Source: an uncultured Planctomycetota bacterium
Lineage (GTDB): Bacteria; Planctomycetota; Phycisphaerae; Tepidisphaerales; Tepidisphaeraceae
DNA length: 64,000 nucleotides
Assembly (NCBI GenBank): GCA_963841915.1
Contig: CAWJEN010000006.1
Coordinates: 768,001-832,000 of the forward strand
Direction: 5' to 3'
The translations under genes were made by a program, and so were the position numbers. This document shows, in pieces, positions 41,852-52,429 of this stretch (position 1 is the first letter of the stretch; each line of letters starts with the position of its first letter). The notes under the pieces were generated by a model. It was given only the letters and a program-made list of their open reading frames with translations. It did no database searches and was not told the DNA's origin.

Positions 41852-43008
41852 CAGGTGGGCAGGTGTCGGTGGGGCCGGTCGCCGGATGCGGCTGGAGCCA
41901 GCTGGCAACGCGGGTCGGTTCGACGGAATGCATCGAGTCGCCCATCGGCGATCGCGTCCCGCAAATCCGCCATCAGGCGGCCGAAGAAAGCCACGTTATG
42001 CAGGCTCGCCAGGATCGGCCCGAGCATCTCACCGGCCTGATAGAAGTGGCGAATGGCCCCGCGGCTGTACGTTCGGCAGGTATAGCAGTCGCACGCCGCG
42101 TCGATCGGTGACGGGTCGCGGGCGTGCTTGGCGTTCTTGAGGCGAAGCGTCTGGCCATCGGTCGTCCAGCAAACGAGGCCGCGGCCGTTGCGTGTCGGTA
42201 GCACGCAATCGAACATGTCCACGCCACACGCGACGGCTTCAACGATGTCCCGCGGATAGCCGACGCCCATCAGATACCGCGGCTTGTCTGTCGGCAGGAG
42301 CGAGGTCGTCGCCCCCAGCACGCGCTTCATCGCCTCGAATCCCTCGCCTACGGCCAGGCCACCCAGTGCATAACCCGGCAGGTCGTACGCCGCCAACTCG
42401 GCCGCACTTTGCGCCCGCAGCTCGAGATCGACGCCGCCTTGCACGATGCCGAACAGTGCCTGCTCGTCCGGCCGCTCGTGGGCGTTGACGCACCGCTCGA
42501 TCCAGCGGCTTGTTCGTTCCATCGCGTCCTGCTGCACCTTTCGCGACGCGTCGCCCGGCGGGCAGTGGTCGAAGGCCATGATGATGTCGGCCCCGAGCTT
42601 GTTCTGCACCTGCATCGACCGCTCCGGCGTCAGGCGGATCATCGAGCCGTCGAGGTGGCTCTTGAACGTGACGCCATCCTCGTCCATCGCGTTTGTGTCT
42701 GCCATGGAGAAGACCTGAAATCCGCCTGAATCGGTCAGCATCGGCCCGTTCCACCCGCCGAACCGCTGCAGCCCGCCAAGCGCCGCGACGGTCTCTTCCC
42801 CCGGCCGCAGCATGAGGTGGTACGTGTTGCCAAGCACGCACCCGGCCCGCGCGTCGCGAAGCTGGTCGGGGATCAAACCTTTGACGCACCCCTGCGTCCC
42901 GACCGGCATGTACGCCGGCGTCGGAAAGCTGCCGTGCGGTGTGTCGACGACGCCGGTCCTGGCGTGGCCGTCAGTGTGTTGAACATCAATGGTGACCGGC
43001 GGACTCAA
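41851..43008 (-). CDS. tgt: Queuine tRNA-ribosyltransferase
   Basis: TPAYMPVGT, NTYHL, TDSGGFQVFS, GIVQGG, YLMGVG, DMFDCVLPTR, CDCYTC. Confidence 0.97.
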   Translation of the reverse strand: MSPPVTIDVQHTDGHARTGVVDTPHGSFPTPAYMPVGTQGCVKGLIPDQLRDARAGCVLGNTYHLMLRPGEETVAALGGLQRFGGWNGPMLTDSGGFQVFSMADTNAMDEDGVTFKSHLDGSMIRLTPERSMQVQNKLGADIIMAFDHCPPGDASRKVQQDAMERTSRWIERCVNAHERPDEQALFGIVQGGVDLELRAQSAAELAAYDLPGYALGGLAVGEGFEAMKRVLGATTSLLPTDKPRYLMGVGYPRDIVEAVACGVDMFDCVLPTRNGRGLVCWTTDGQTLRLKNAKHARDPSPIDAACDCYTCRTYSRGAIRHFYQAGEMLGPILASLHNVAFFGRLMADLRDAIADGRLDAFRRTDPRCQLAPAASGDRPHRHLPT

Positions 43009-43111
43009 GCCTGAGAGTAGCTGGCAGTTGTTGCAGAAGGTGCGAGATGACCTGAGCCGAAGCTCGCTAACTGCGAGCTCTCATTGTCAGGGCATTCTAC
43101 TAGGTTCGCGG

Positions 43112-45370
43112 TCAATCCGTCGTGCGTTGGCGGAGCGGACGCGTCGCGGGTTGATCGATCGACTTGGTCTGCTCAATGACTGGCCGCGTTGACGCCGGCG
43201 TTGCATTCGAGGCAGTGTCTGCGTGGCTCGTCAGCCCCTTTGTGAGGATCGGGTCGCCTGGCGGACGTCGGATGACGTCGTTCAGAATCAGGCTGTTCCA
43301 CCGCCTCAGATTCTTAAAATATGTGGGTCTGAATAGGTACTCGATCGGAAGTTGAATCGCTCGTTTGTAAAGCGGCCTTGAGAGCCGGCTTCGCAACTCC
43401 TGGGCGATCTCGGCCGACGAAACTTCGTCGTTTGTCGAGTTACCCTTGCCATCTTGTTTCACCCGCGACGTTTCAAAGCCGGCACTGGCAAGTCGTTCGC
43501 GGCCCTTGCGGAACTCGATCCATCGCTCGAGCATCGAGTTCGAGCTCGGGTGATAAGCGAGCCAGTCGGCAACATCGCCCCAGCGGTGGTTGTCCAGCCG
43601 CACAGTGGTAGCGACTGGCCGAGTGCCGAGCTGGCCGCCTTCGAAAATCGGGATGTCAAAGGACAAATAGCCGACAACGATCGGTCGGTCGAACGTTTGG
43701 CGGAGCGAGATGCTGCGGGACGTACGATTGGTGACCGCGATGGATCCGCCGGGAAGCTCGCTACGCAGCGTCTCGAGCGCTGTATTGAAGCGTTGAAGCT
43801 CGTTTACGCGAGCCGACGCCTGCTTGGTTGTCGGCAGCGACGACCCGAATGCTTCGTCGAAATCGGCTTCAGCTTCGCGGACGGCCGCGACGGCCGCCGA
43901 GGATCGGCGGGAGTCTTGCACCGTGATGTTGACCTCGCCCACGTGGTAACTCGCGTACCGGTCGATTGCCGATGACGTAAGCGGCCTCATCGACTCGTGC
44001 GACGTCCAGAGCGAGACGCGATAGACGACACGGACGTAGCTGTACTGCTTCGACGCGTGTGAGGCTCGGCCGTCCCGGGCCTGTGACCGGCTCGTAAATT
44101 GATAAAGCAGGCTGCCCGAGGGTCCTGCCGGCGACGCCTTTGTTCCTGCCGAACGCTTCGATCACCCGCTTGGCGATGGTGTGTGTGACGGCTGGGGCGA
44201 AGCGGTCGACATCATTTGCCGGTGGCGCGTGGGCGAATTCACGAAGCTCACCGTTGCGAAGATCGTCGGTGATCCGCCCGAGTTTTGCCGCCGCGGGGAC
44301 GCCGATGAGCATGAACACGCCCAGAAGCATCAGCACCACGCCACCAACCGGTAGAAGAAACCCCGTGGCGATCAGTGCCAGGGCTCCAGGGTCTTGAGCG
44401 AGTCGGGCCACGTCGTCATCGAGTACCGGCAAGCTGCGACCGCCGTCGGCGGGAAACGCGCAACGTGTAGGCGTTGTCAGCGTCACCGAAATGCGATCTG
44501 TTGGACGATGGCATTGCCCGTTCGCACAGCAACAAGAGCCAGACCGAAGCCGACGACAATTCCCGGCACCGGTCCTGCCAGGGCAACGATTGCTCGCTTC
44601 CAGCCGCCCGGTGTGTTCGACCCGCTGACGGCCGCACCGAGCATGGCGAAACGGCATCTTCATATTGCGATAACCCAGCAGCTTCATGGGAGAAGGCCCG
44701 ACTCATGGAAGATCAAATGCAGACGAGATCAACAGCGTCTGCATGACGGGATGCTTGAACGTGGTCGCCTACACCCGGAATACCGACAGGAAAGGCGGAG
44801 CGAGGGACCTTCGCCCAGCCGGTCGCTTCACGGTGATCAGACGCCATCTCGACCTCTGCGAGCTGGCGCGACCACGGAAGCAAGCGTCGCCCGCTTCAGT
44901 CGCGGCCGGGTGGTAGGGCGGGGGGTTGCAGGTTTGCTTGCCAAAGCCAAGCGGGCCGGTCGCAAGGTGGTCAGGCCGACGCCGAAGGCTTCTTCGGGGT
45001 ACATACGTGCCGGACCAAGACGCGCCTGGCCGGGTGGAGGGCCATGGCATCGGGATCAGCGGCCGCGTCGGAGCCGGTGCGTCGGGGCCGCCAAGGTTGA
45101 TCCGCATGAGGTGGTGCCGTCAGCGGCAGATCTGACGTCGACCACAAGCTCTGCTCTTCTTCCGTCGCACATTCACGCAGCGAAACAGTCGCCCGGCCGC
45201 AGGTCTTCCGTGAGCGGATAGATCGGGATGACCTGATTAGCTCGGATGGTACGGTTCCACTCCGATCGGCCAACCGTGACCTAGGCTTGACCGTTAGCAT
45301 GCTGCTTGGAGCAGCCAACGAGCAGCAGAGCCGCCACAAGGCATGCGGTCCGCGACAAATCGAAATGCAC
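43112..45370 (-). pseudogene. Disrupted large hypothetical lipoprotein gene
   Basis: Lipobox LLVGC after GTG 45370; in-frame TAG at 45281-45283; protein-like continuation WNRTIRANQVIPIYPLTEDLRPGD, then frame switches; intact C-terminal ORF 43112-43990. Confidence 0.5.
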
Positions 45371-45624
45371 ACGTCCGCCAGATCCCGGACGGCAAGCCGC
45401 CGTCGCGGGTGACGAGCGAGAGGCAACATGAGGAACCCTTCGGAAAGCGTTGGGACAGGATCCGAGGCCACGTCCGTACAGCTCACGCCACCCCGCCAAA
45501 AAAACACCGTAGCGGAGCAGCAGCATTCTGCAATCATTTGTCGATCATTGACGTCTATATAGCCGTCCTGCCCTCGGCGCTTGGCGAGACGGCTGCTTGT
45601 CGCGACGATGTGTATGCTGCGGCC

Positions 45625-46617
45625 ATGAAGGTTCTCGTCGCCGGCGGTGCCGGTTATATCGGATCGCACACGGTCAAAGCCCTCCAGCAGGCGGGGCATG
45701 AACCGATTATCTACGACAACGGCGATCGCGGGCACAAGGTCGTCGCTGATCTCCTCAACGTCCCGCACGTCTGGGCAGATCTGGACGATGCCGAGACGCT
45801 GACAAAGACGCTTCGTGAGCACGACATCGAGCTCGTGATGCACTTTGCGGCCTACGCGTACGTCGGCGAGAGTGTGCACGAGCCGCTCATGTACTACCAC
45901 AACAACGTGGCCACGACGGTCAACGTGCTGAAGTGCATGCGCGAGGCGGGCGTCAAGAAGTTCGTGTTCTCCTCCACCTGCGCCACCTACGGCGACCCGG
46001 ACACGGTGCCGATCACCGAGAGCGAGCCGCAGACGCCCGTCAGCCCGTACGGCCACAGCAAGCTCATGGTCGAGCGCGTCTTGGAGGATTACGCAGCCAG
46101 CGACAAAGACTTTAAGTATGCGGCCTTACGCTATTTTAATGCGTGCGGCTGTGACCCCGAGGGCACGCTGGGCGAAGACCACGATCCCGAGACGCACCTC
46201 ATTCCCGTCATTTTCCAGGCGATCATGGGGCAGCGGGACAAGCTCACCGTCTTCGGGACCGACTATCCCACAGCCGACGGGACGTGCGTGCGGGATTACA
46301 TTCACGTGGCTGATCTGGCCGACGCCCACATCAAGGCGGCGGCGGCGCTCGACCAGCATCGCGAGATCAAGGCGAACCTCGGCACGGGTCGCGGATTCAG
46401 CGTCCGCGAGATCATCAAAGCCGCCGAGGCGGTGACGGGTAAGGACGTCCCCGTCGAGTATGGCGACCGTCGGGCCGGTGACGCGATAGCCCTGTACGCC
46501 GATCCCTCGCACGCCAAGAACACCTTCGGCTGGGAAGCCAAGTACAAGGATCCGACGGACATCATCAAAACAGCTTGGGCCTGGCACGAGAAGCACCCCA
46601 ACGGCTACGGCGACTGA
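45625..46617 (+). CDS. galE: UDP-glucose 4-epimerase
   Basis: GGAGYIGSH, HFAA, FSSTCATYG, YGHSK, LRYFNA, DGTCVRDYIHV. Confidence 0.96.
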   Translation: MKVLVAGGAGYIGSHTVKALQQAGHEPIIYDNGDRGHKVVADLLNVPHVWADLDDAETLTKTLREHDIELVMHFAAYAYVGESVHEPLMYYHNNVATTVNVLKCMREAGVKKFVFSSTCATYGDPDTVPITESEPQTPVSPYGHSKLMVERVLEDYAASDKDFKYAALRYFNACGCDPEGTLGEDHDPETHLIPVIFQAIMGQRDKLTVFGTDYPTADGTCVRDYIHVADLADAHIKAAAALDQHREIKANLGTGRGFSVREIIKAAEAVTGKDVPVEYGDRRAGDAIALYADPSHAKNTFGWEAKYKDPTDIIKTAWAWHEKHPNGYGD

Positions 46618-46655
46618 CACGTCCGTGACCGTGCCACCTAGCCTGCGTTTGTCCG

Positions 46656-48605
46656 ATGGATCGTTCGCCCAAATTGCCGCACGAACCACCGGCCATTACG
46701 CAGATTGCCGCGCGGTTGCGGATCATCGGTAACCGGCTGGCGGTTCGGCTGGGTATCGGTGACGGGGCGATGCTGTTGCCGCTGGCCGTGCTCGTCGGCG
46801 TGCTGACGGCGACGGCGGCGGTGGCGTTTCACGAGCTCATCCTGCTCATCCGCGACACGCTTTACCGCCGGGCTGGAGCGGAATTCCTCTACGGCCGCGG
46901 CATGTGGCTGCTCGTCGTCATCCCAACAGTCGGCGGGCTCGTCGTTGGCATCATCACACGCCTCGTCAGCGGCGAACGCGAAGGGCACGGCGTCGTCGAC
47001 GTCATGGAGAGCGTCGCCCGCACCCGCGGCTTCGTCAAAGCCCGCACGGCGATCGAAAAGATTTTCACCAGTGCCGTCACCATTGGCACCGGTGGTAGCG
47101 CGGGTGCCGAGGGCCCGATCGTGCAGATCGGCGCGGCTGTCAGTGGTGGCGTTGCACACGTCTTCAGACTTAGTCGGCACCAGATGCCGGTCCTCGTCGG
47201 ATGCGGATGTGCGGCCGGCATCAGCGCGATCTTCAACGCACCGCTCGGTGGTCTGCTGTTCACGCTGGAGGTCATTCTGCACGACTTCCGGGCCCGGGCA
47301 ATCACGCCGATCGTGGTCAGCGCCGTCATCGCCAACGTCACCATGCGCGGGATCGTCGAATGGCTTTACGAGCACGGCCACGGCAACGCGGCGTATATCA
47401 CCGTCTTTGCCGACCCTTCACTTGAGCTGGCGGGGCAAAGCCTGCTGAGTTGGCAGCAGGTGCCGGCCTACGCATTGCTCGGATTGGCGTGCGGGCTCAT
47501 CGGCGCGGGTCTGACGCGGTCGATGCAGGCGGGTGAAGGCTTGTTCCGCCGCGTCGTGACTGGGCCGCCTTGGGTCAAGGCGATGCGGCCGGCGGCGGGT
47601 GGATTCCTGCTGGGGCTTCTCGGATTGGCGGCGGTGCTGGCCGCGCCCGAATCGCTCGGCGGCAGGACCGGGCCCTTCGGTTTCAGCGAGTATCCGATGC
47701 CGGCGTTCTTCGGTGACGGGTACGGCGTTATCGAAACCCTGCTCCAGCCGACCGGCGAGTTCTACGACCGCTACAACGCCGGGGCACTGCTGGCGCTGCT
47801 CGTCGGGCTGGCCCTCATCAAGCTGCTGGCCACCGTGCTCACGCTCGGCAGTGGTGGGTCGGGTGGTGTCATTGCTCCGTCGCTGTTCCTCGGCGCTGTC
47901 GTCGGTGGGGCGACGGCAGTTGCCCTTCGTCAGCTCGGCTGGTTCGGCGAAGTCTCGCTGCCCGCTTACACCGTCGTCGGCATGGCTGCGTTATTGGCCG
48001 CAGTCGTGCACGCGCCACTCGCAAGCTTGCTCATCATCTTTGAAATCACGGGCGACACAGGCAGTAACAACGCCATTCTCCTGCCGGCCTTGCTCGCTGT
48101 CGTTGTGGCCATCGGCTCGAGCCGACTCATCACGCGAGATTCAATTTACGACTCGGCTTTGCGCCGCCGCGGCGTCCGCGTCGCCGCCGCCGATCCGCAG
48201 GTTTTGAGCCGACTGTCCGTCGAGCAGGTCAACCTCGACCCCGCAGCGACCATCCGCGAGAGCGAGCCCTTCGAGCGGGTGATCGAGCTCATGGATCGTT
48301 GGAGTTCCCGCAACTTTGCAGTTCTTGATGCGACGGGCAAATACGTCGGCTTCCTCGTCGAGGAGGACGTCAACCTCACGCTCCTGGGCCACGAGGCGAT
48401 GCCGCTCGTGGTCGTGGGCGAGCTGATGCGGACGGACGTGCCGCTCGTGTCGGCCGGTGACGATTTGCAGTCGGCATTCGATCTGTTCGCCCGGCTCGAC
48501 GTGTCGCACTTGCCCGTCGGTATCGGACGCGGCGATACCAGCCGCGTCATCGGGCTCATCAGTCGCGCCAGCCTCATGCGGCGTTACAACATAGAACTCG
48601 ACTGA
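46656..48605 (+). CDS. ClC chloride channel/antiporter with C-terminal CBS pair
   Basis: GHGV, GSAGAEGP, FNAPL, GSGGVIAPSLF, SIY, followed by two CBS-like repeats. Confidence 0.92.
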   Translation: MDRSPKLPHEPPAITQIAARLRIIGNRLAVRLGIGDGAMLLPLAVLVGVLTATAAVAFHELILLIRDTLYRRAGAEFLYGRGMWLLVVIPTVGGLVVGIITRLVSGEREGHGVVDVMESVARTRGFVKARTAIEKIFTSAVTIGTGGSAGAEGPIVQIGAAVSGGVAHVFRLSRHQMPVLVGCGCAAGISAIFNAPLGGLLFTLEVILHDFRARAITPIVVSAVIANVTMRGIVEWLYEHGHGNAAYITVFADPSLELAGQSLLSWQQVPAYALLGLACGLIGAGLTRSMQAGEGLFRRVVTGPPWVKAMRPAAGGFLLGLLGLAAVLAAPESLGGRTGPFGFSEYPMPAFFGDGYGVIETLLQPTGEFYDRYNAGALLALLVGLALIKLLATVLTLGSGGSGGVIAPSLFLGAVVGGATAVALRQLGWFGEVSLPAYTVVGMAALLAAVVHAPLASLLIIFEITGDTGSNNAILLPALLAVVVAIGSSRLITRDSIYDSALRRRGVRVAAADPQVLSRLSVEQVNLDPAATIRESEPFERVIELMDRWSSRNFAVLDATGKYVGFLVEEDVNLTLLGHEAMPLVVVGELMRTDVPLVSAGDDLQSAFDLFARLDVSHLPVGIGRGDTSRVIGLISRASLMRRYNIELD

Positions 48606-48611
48606 GCCGCC

Positions 48612-48893
48612 TCAGGCATCTTCGCCGAACTTGCTTTCGAACAAGGTTTCCATGGCCTCCGTCGCCGCCTCGGCATCGTCGCCGGTGGCATCGACGCGGA
48701 TCTCCGTGCCCTTTGTCGCGGCAAGCGTGATGACCTGCATCACGCTTTTTGCGTCGGCAGGACCCTCGGTGCCGTCAACGCGGTAGAGGTTGATCTCGCA
48801 CTCAAAAGCTGAGGCACACTCGACGACTTGCATCGCCGGCCTGGCATGCAAGCCGTTCTCATTCGAGACGGTGACAGTTCGACTGCTTTGCAA
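48612..48893 (-). CDS. ptsH: HPr family phosphocarrier protein
   Basis: NGLHARPA (His15) and DAKSVM (Ser46); has its own AGGAGA RBS and TTG start at 48893. Confidence 0.88.
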   Translation of the reverse strand: MQSSRTVTVSNENGLHARPAMQVVECASAFECEINLYRVDGTEGPADAKSVMQVITLAATKGTEIRVDATGDDAEAATEAMETLFESKFGEDA

Positions 48894-48904
48894 GCAAATC
48901 TCCT

Positions 48905-49376
48905 TTAAGCAGCACCGTCGACACGCTGAAATACGTCCATGACGGCAAGCGGACTCTGCGGCCTCCCGAAGGTCGCGACGAAGTAGATCCTGGTGAAGCA
49001 CTTTGAAGATAGTCTGCATCGCGTCGAGGTGCTCGCGGCTGCGATCGGGTGGGCTCAGCAGCAGCACGACAATGTGAACGGGCTTGCCGTCGACGCTCTT
49101 GAAGTCGATGCCGTTACTGCAGCGTCCGAACGCGGCCATCATGTCGCTGACGGCTGCGTGTTTAGCGTGCGGCACGGCAACGCCTTTGCCAAAGCCGGTG
49201 CTGCCTTGCCGCTCACGGTCGGCGAGCGTCGACAACACCTGTTGCTCCACATCGGCGGCGACTTTGCCGCTCGCGACGAGCTTCGAAAGCAACACGGCCG
49301 TCGCCTCGGCTGGCGTGGCGGCCTCGAGGTCCGTCACGACCGCATCGCGGTCGAATAGTTGAGACAATCGCATCAT
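48905..49376 (-). CDS. ptsN: PTS EIIA (fructose/nitrogen type), with an apparent frameshift near the 3' end
   Basis: RERQGSTGFGKGVAVPHAK, GIDFKSVDGKPV. A natural-looking tail AVMDVFQRVDGAA* lies in a shifted frame ending at TAA 48905-48907. Confidence 0.8.
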
Positions 49377-49394
49377 CGCTGCTTCAGGTAAACG

Positions 49395-49736
49395 TCACAC
49401 AGGCTGGTGCCGGATCGACGCCGCTGCGCCTTCGGGCGGGTGCTTGCGGTTGCGATGCTTTTCCTTGTGCTCGGTGAGCTGGCGCTCGAGCTTCTGGTAA
49501 CACTCGTCGACGCAGGCATCTACGGTGTCGCACCGGCTGTTGGCGACAAAGTTGTTGTTGTGGTCTGCGCTGACGAGCATCTCAACGTGGTAGCCGACCG
49601 GCTTGTTGTCTTCGATCACGACCTCGATCTCCTGGATGAGATTGTAAAACGTCACGAGCTTGTTGGCCTTGGCGTCGGCGTGAGCCTTCTGCTCGGGCGT
49701 GATATCAACGTGACGGGTGGTGATCAGGACGTGCAT
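49395..49736 (-). CDS. hpf: Ribosome hibernation promoting factor (HPF/RaiA)
   Basis: ITTRHVDITP, KANKL, KLERQLTEHKEK; sits upstream of ptsN; GGAG RBS. Confidence 0.9.
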   Translation of the reverse strand: MHVLITTRHVDITPEQKAHADAKANKLVTFYNLIQEIEVVIEDNKPVGYHVEMLVSADHNNNFVANSRCDTVDACVDECYQKLERQLTEHKEKHRNRKHPPEGAAASIRHQPV

Positions 49737-50598
49737 GTGAGGACTCCAAAGATGCTGATTCTGACGCCTCGTCGGATGAGTCCGACGAGGGCGCGGCGAG
49801 TGTAGGCGGAGCTGCGTCCGCCGCTGCGAGTGCTGCCTTGGCCTGCTTGCGGCTCATCGGCTTTTCCACCTGCCCGCTGCCCGGACCCGCCACGCCGCCA
49901 CTGACCAGCAGCTTCATCGCTTCCTCCACCGTCATCGGCATCTCGATGACCTCGCGACGCGGCACGATCACCACGTACCCGCTGAAGGCCGTCGGACTGC
50001 TCGGCATGAAGACCGTCACCGTCTCACCCTCCGTCACCTCGTCGAGCGGTGGCAAGCCTTTACCCGTCACGAGGCCGAGCGACCAGATTTCGTTGCTGTG
50101 TGGCCGAAACGCCACCACGCGGCTGCCGGCAAATTGACTCTCGCGATCGGCTAGAACAAAATCGGTGATCTGTTTAAACGTCGGATACACCGCCCGAACC
50201 ACCGGCACCCGCATCACGATTCGCTCGGCCGCTGCGTACAGGGCGCGGCCGAGAAAGTTACCCACAAGCAGGCCGACCATGTAGATCAGCACGAGCGCCA
50301 GCCCGACGCCCAGCAACTTCGTGTACCAGGCATCCTCGAAGTGAACACGAATCATCATCGCGTTCGTCGGGTCGGCGTAACCGGCCTGCTGGAGCGTGAA
50401 CCACGCCCGCTTGAGGAGTTCGATGAGGTACCAGCCGATGCTGGTCCACAAAAAGTCGAAGATCCACCAAAGTACGCCCACCGTCAGGATCGTCGGCAGC
50501 AGCGTGCCCAGGCCTCGCAGAAAGAAGCGGGCAAAGTCACTGCCGAACGACCGACGGGGACGCGGTGCCGGGGCCTGATGGGGTGCTTGGCCTTCGAT
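49705..50598 (-). CDS. DUF502 family membrane protein (start codon unclear)
   Basis: FFLRGLGTLLPTILT, RVPVVRAVY..KQI, VFMPSSPTAFSGY, MTVEEAMKLLVSGG. The domain begins upstream of the first canonical start (50481). Confidence 0.8.
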   Translation of the reverse strand: MEGQAPHQAPAPRPRRSFGSDFARFFLRGLGTLLPTILTVGVLWWIFDFLWTSIGWYLIELLKRAWFTLQQAGYADPTNAMMIRVHFEDAWYTKLLGVGLALVLIYMVGLLVGNFLGRALYAAAERIVMRVPVVRAVYPTFKQITDFVLADRESQFAGSRVVAFRPHSNEIWSLGLVTGKGLPPLDEVTEGETVTVFMPSSPTAFSGYVVIVPRREVIEMPMTVEEAMKLLVSGGVAGPGSGQVEKPMSRKQAKAALAAADAAPPTLAAPSSDSSDEASESASLESSHARPDHHPSR

Positions 50599-50619
50599 GG
50601 TCGCAGCGTAGCGAACCGT

Positions 50620-51534
50620 TCAGGCAACGACAGGTGCCTCGGCCCCGACTTTGATGACGATCATCCTTTTCTCGGTGTAGCCGCTGCCGATGTTGAGCCA
50701 GTCGATGCCCTTCGACTTGAACTTGCGGTGGACGTGCGAATGGCCGCAGACGACGTGGCGGACGTTGGCCCGTCGGCCCAGAATGCGACCGATGAGCGGG
50801 CTGCCGAGATACGCCCGCGCGAAGGCGTATTTGAGCGCCCGCTGCGGCAAGTCACCCGGCGGGATCGGCGGGAGCAGCATCTCGTGCGGACACACGTGGA
50901 CAGCCGCCACCACGTGCTCGACATTCGCGACGTGTTTCAGGTCTCGGCGAAGGTCATTGCACCGGTCACCGCAGAACAATTCGTCGTCGGTCAGACCGAC
51001 CGTAAATCGGCCGTCGTTCCAGCGGGCACGAAACGTGCGGCTGCCCTCGGGCACGTCGTTGGCTCCAGGCCCAAGGTCATCGCCATGCAACGCCGCTGCG
51101 GCTCCTGGGCTGAGCTTCGCCCGGTAGAACCGTCGCGGCAGGCCCAGACGCTTCAACGCAAAGCCGTAGTCGTACCAACCGAGGCTACCGACAACGGCCA
51201 TCTTCCCGCGGCGAAACGGGTTGCCGGGAAGCCAATGCCAGCCGCAGTCGCGCACGCGTCGCGGCAACTCGCGCTTGAGCAATTCGTGAACATCGGTCTT
51301 GTCGATGCGGCTCCACATCTCGTGATTGCCTGGAACAAACAGCCGCGGGCGGCCGTCATCGACGAAGAGGCTCAGCGCTTTCTCGAGGGCATGGCCGTCA
51401 CTCGTGGCCGCGTCGCCGACGAGCAGCAGCCCCTCAGCCTGCGTGTCGGGCCACGTCGCCGCCAACGCCTCGGCCGACGCCCGGCTCTTAGGCACGTCGT
51501 GGTGCAGATCGGCAGTGACGGCAAGACGGAACAC
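50620..51534 (-). CDS. Calcineurin-like metallophosphoesterase
   Basis: ADLH, VGD, PGNHE, H.CPH, CGHSH. Confidence 0.88.
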   Translation of the reverse strand: MFRLAVTADLHHDVPKSRASAEALAATWPDTQAEGLLLVGDAATSDGHALEKALSLFVDDGRPRLFVPGNHEMWSRIDKTDVHELLKRELPRRVRDCGWHWLPGNPFRRGKMAVVGSLGWYDYGFALKRLGLPRRFYRAKLSPGAAAALHGDDLGPGANDVPEGSRTFRARWNDGRFTVGLTDDELFCGDRCNDLRRDLKHVANVEHVVAAVHVCPHEMLLPPIPPGDLPQRALKYAFARAYLGSPLIGRILGRRANVRHVVCGHSHVHRKFKSKGIDWLNIGSGYTEKRMIVIKVGAEAPVVA

Positions 51535-51604
51535 GGTCGCCGCAAGGTAGCACGCCCGGAATGGCTAGTGACGCCGATGCGTGACCGCTACCGTGCTGGC
51601 CCGC

Positions 51605-52363
<759 letters not shown>

Positions 52364-52429
52364 GGCGGGCTGCAAGGCGAATGCATCGCGAGCTTGTGCT
52401 GCGGGTCTTATAGAAGATACGATGCCCGC

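Noticed and set aside
37901..43008. tgt-yajC-secDF cluster and SecD-SecF fusion
   Set aside because: Widely conserved, ordinary arrangement.
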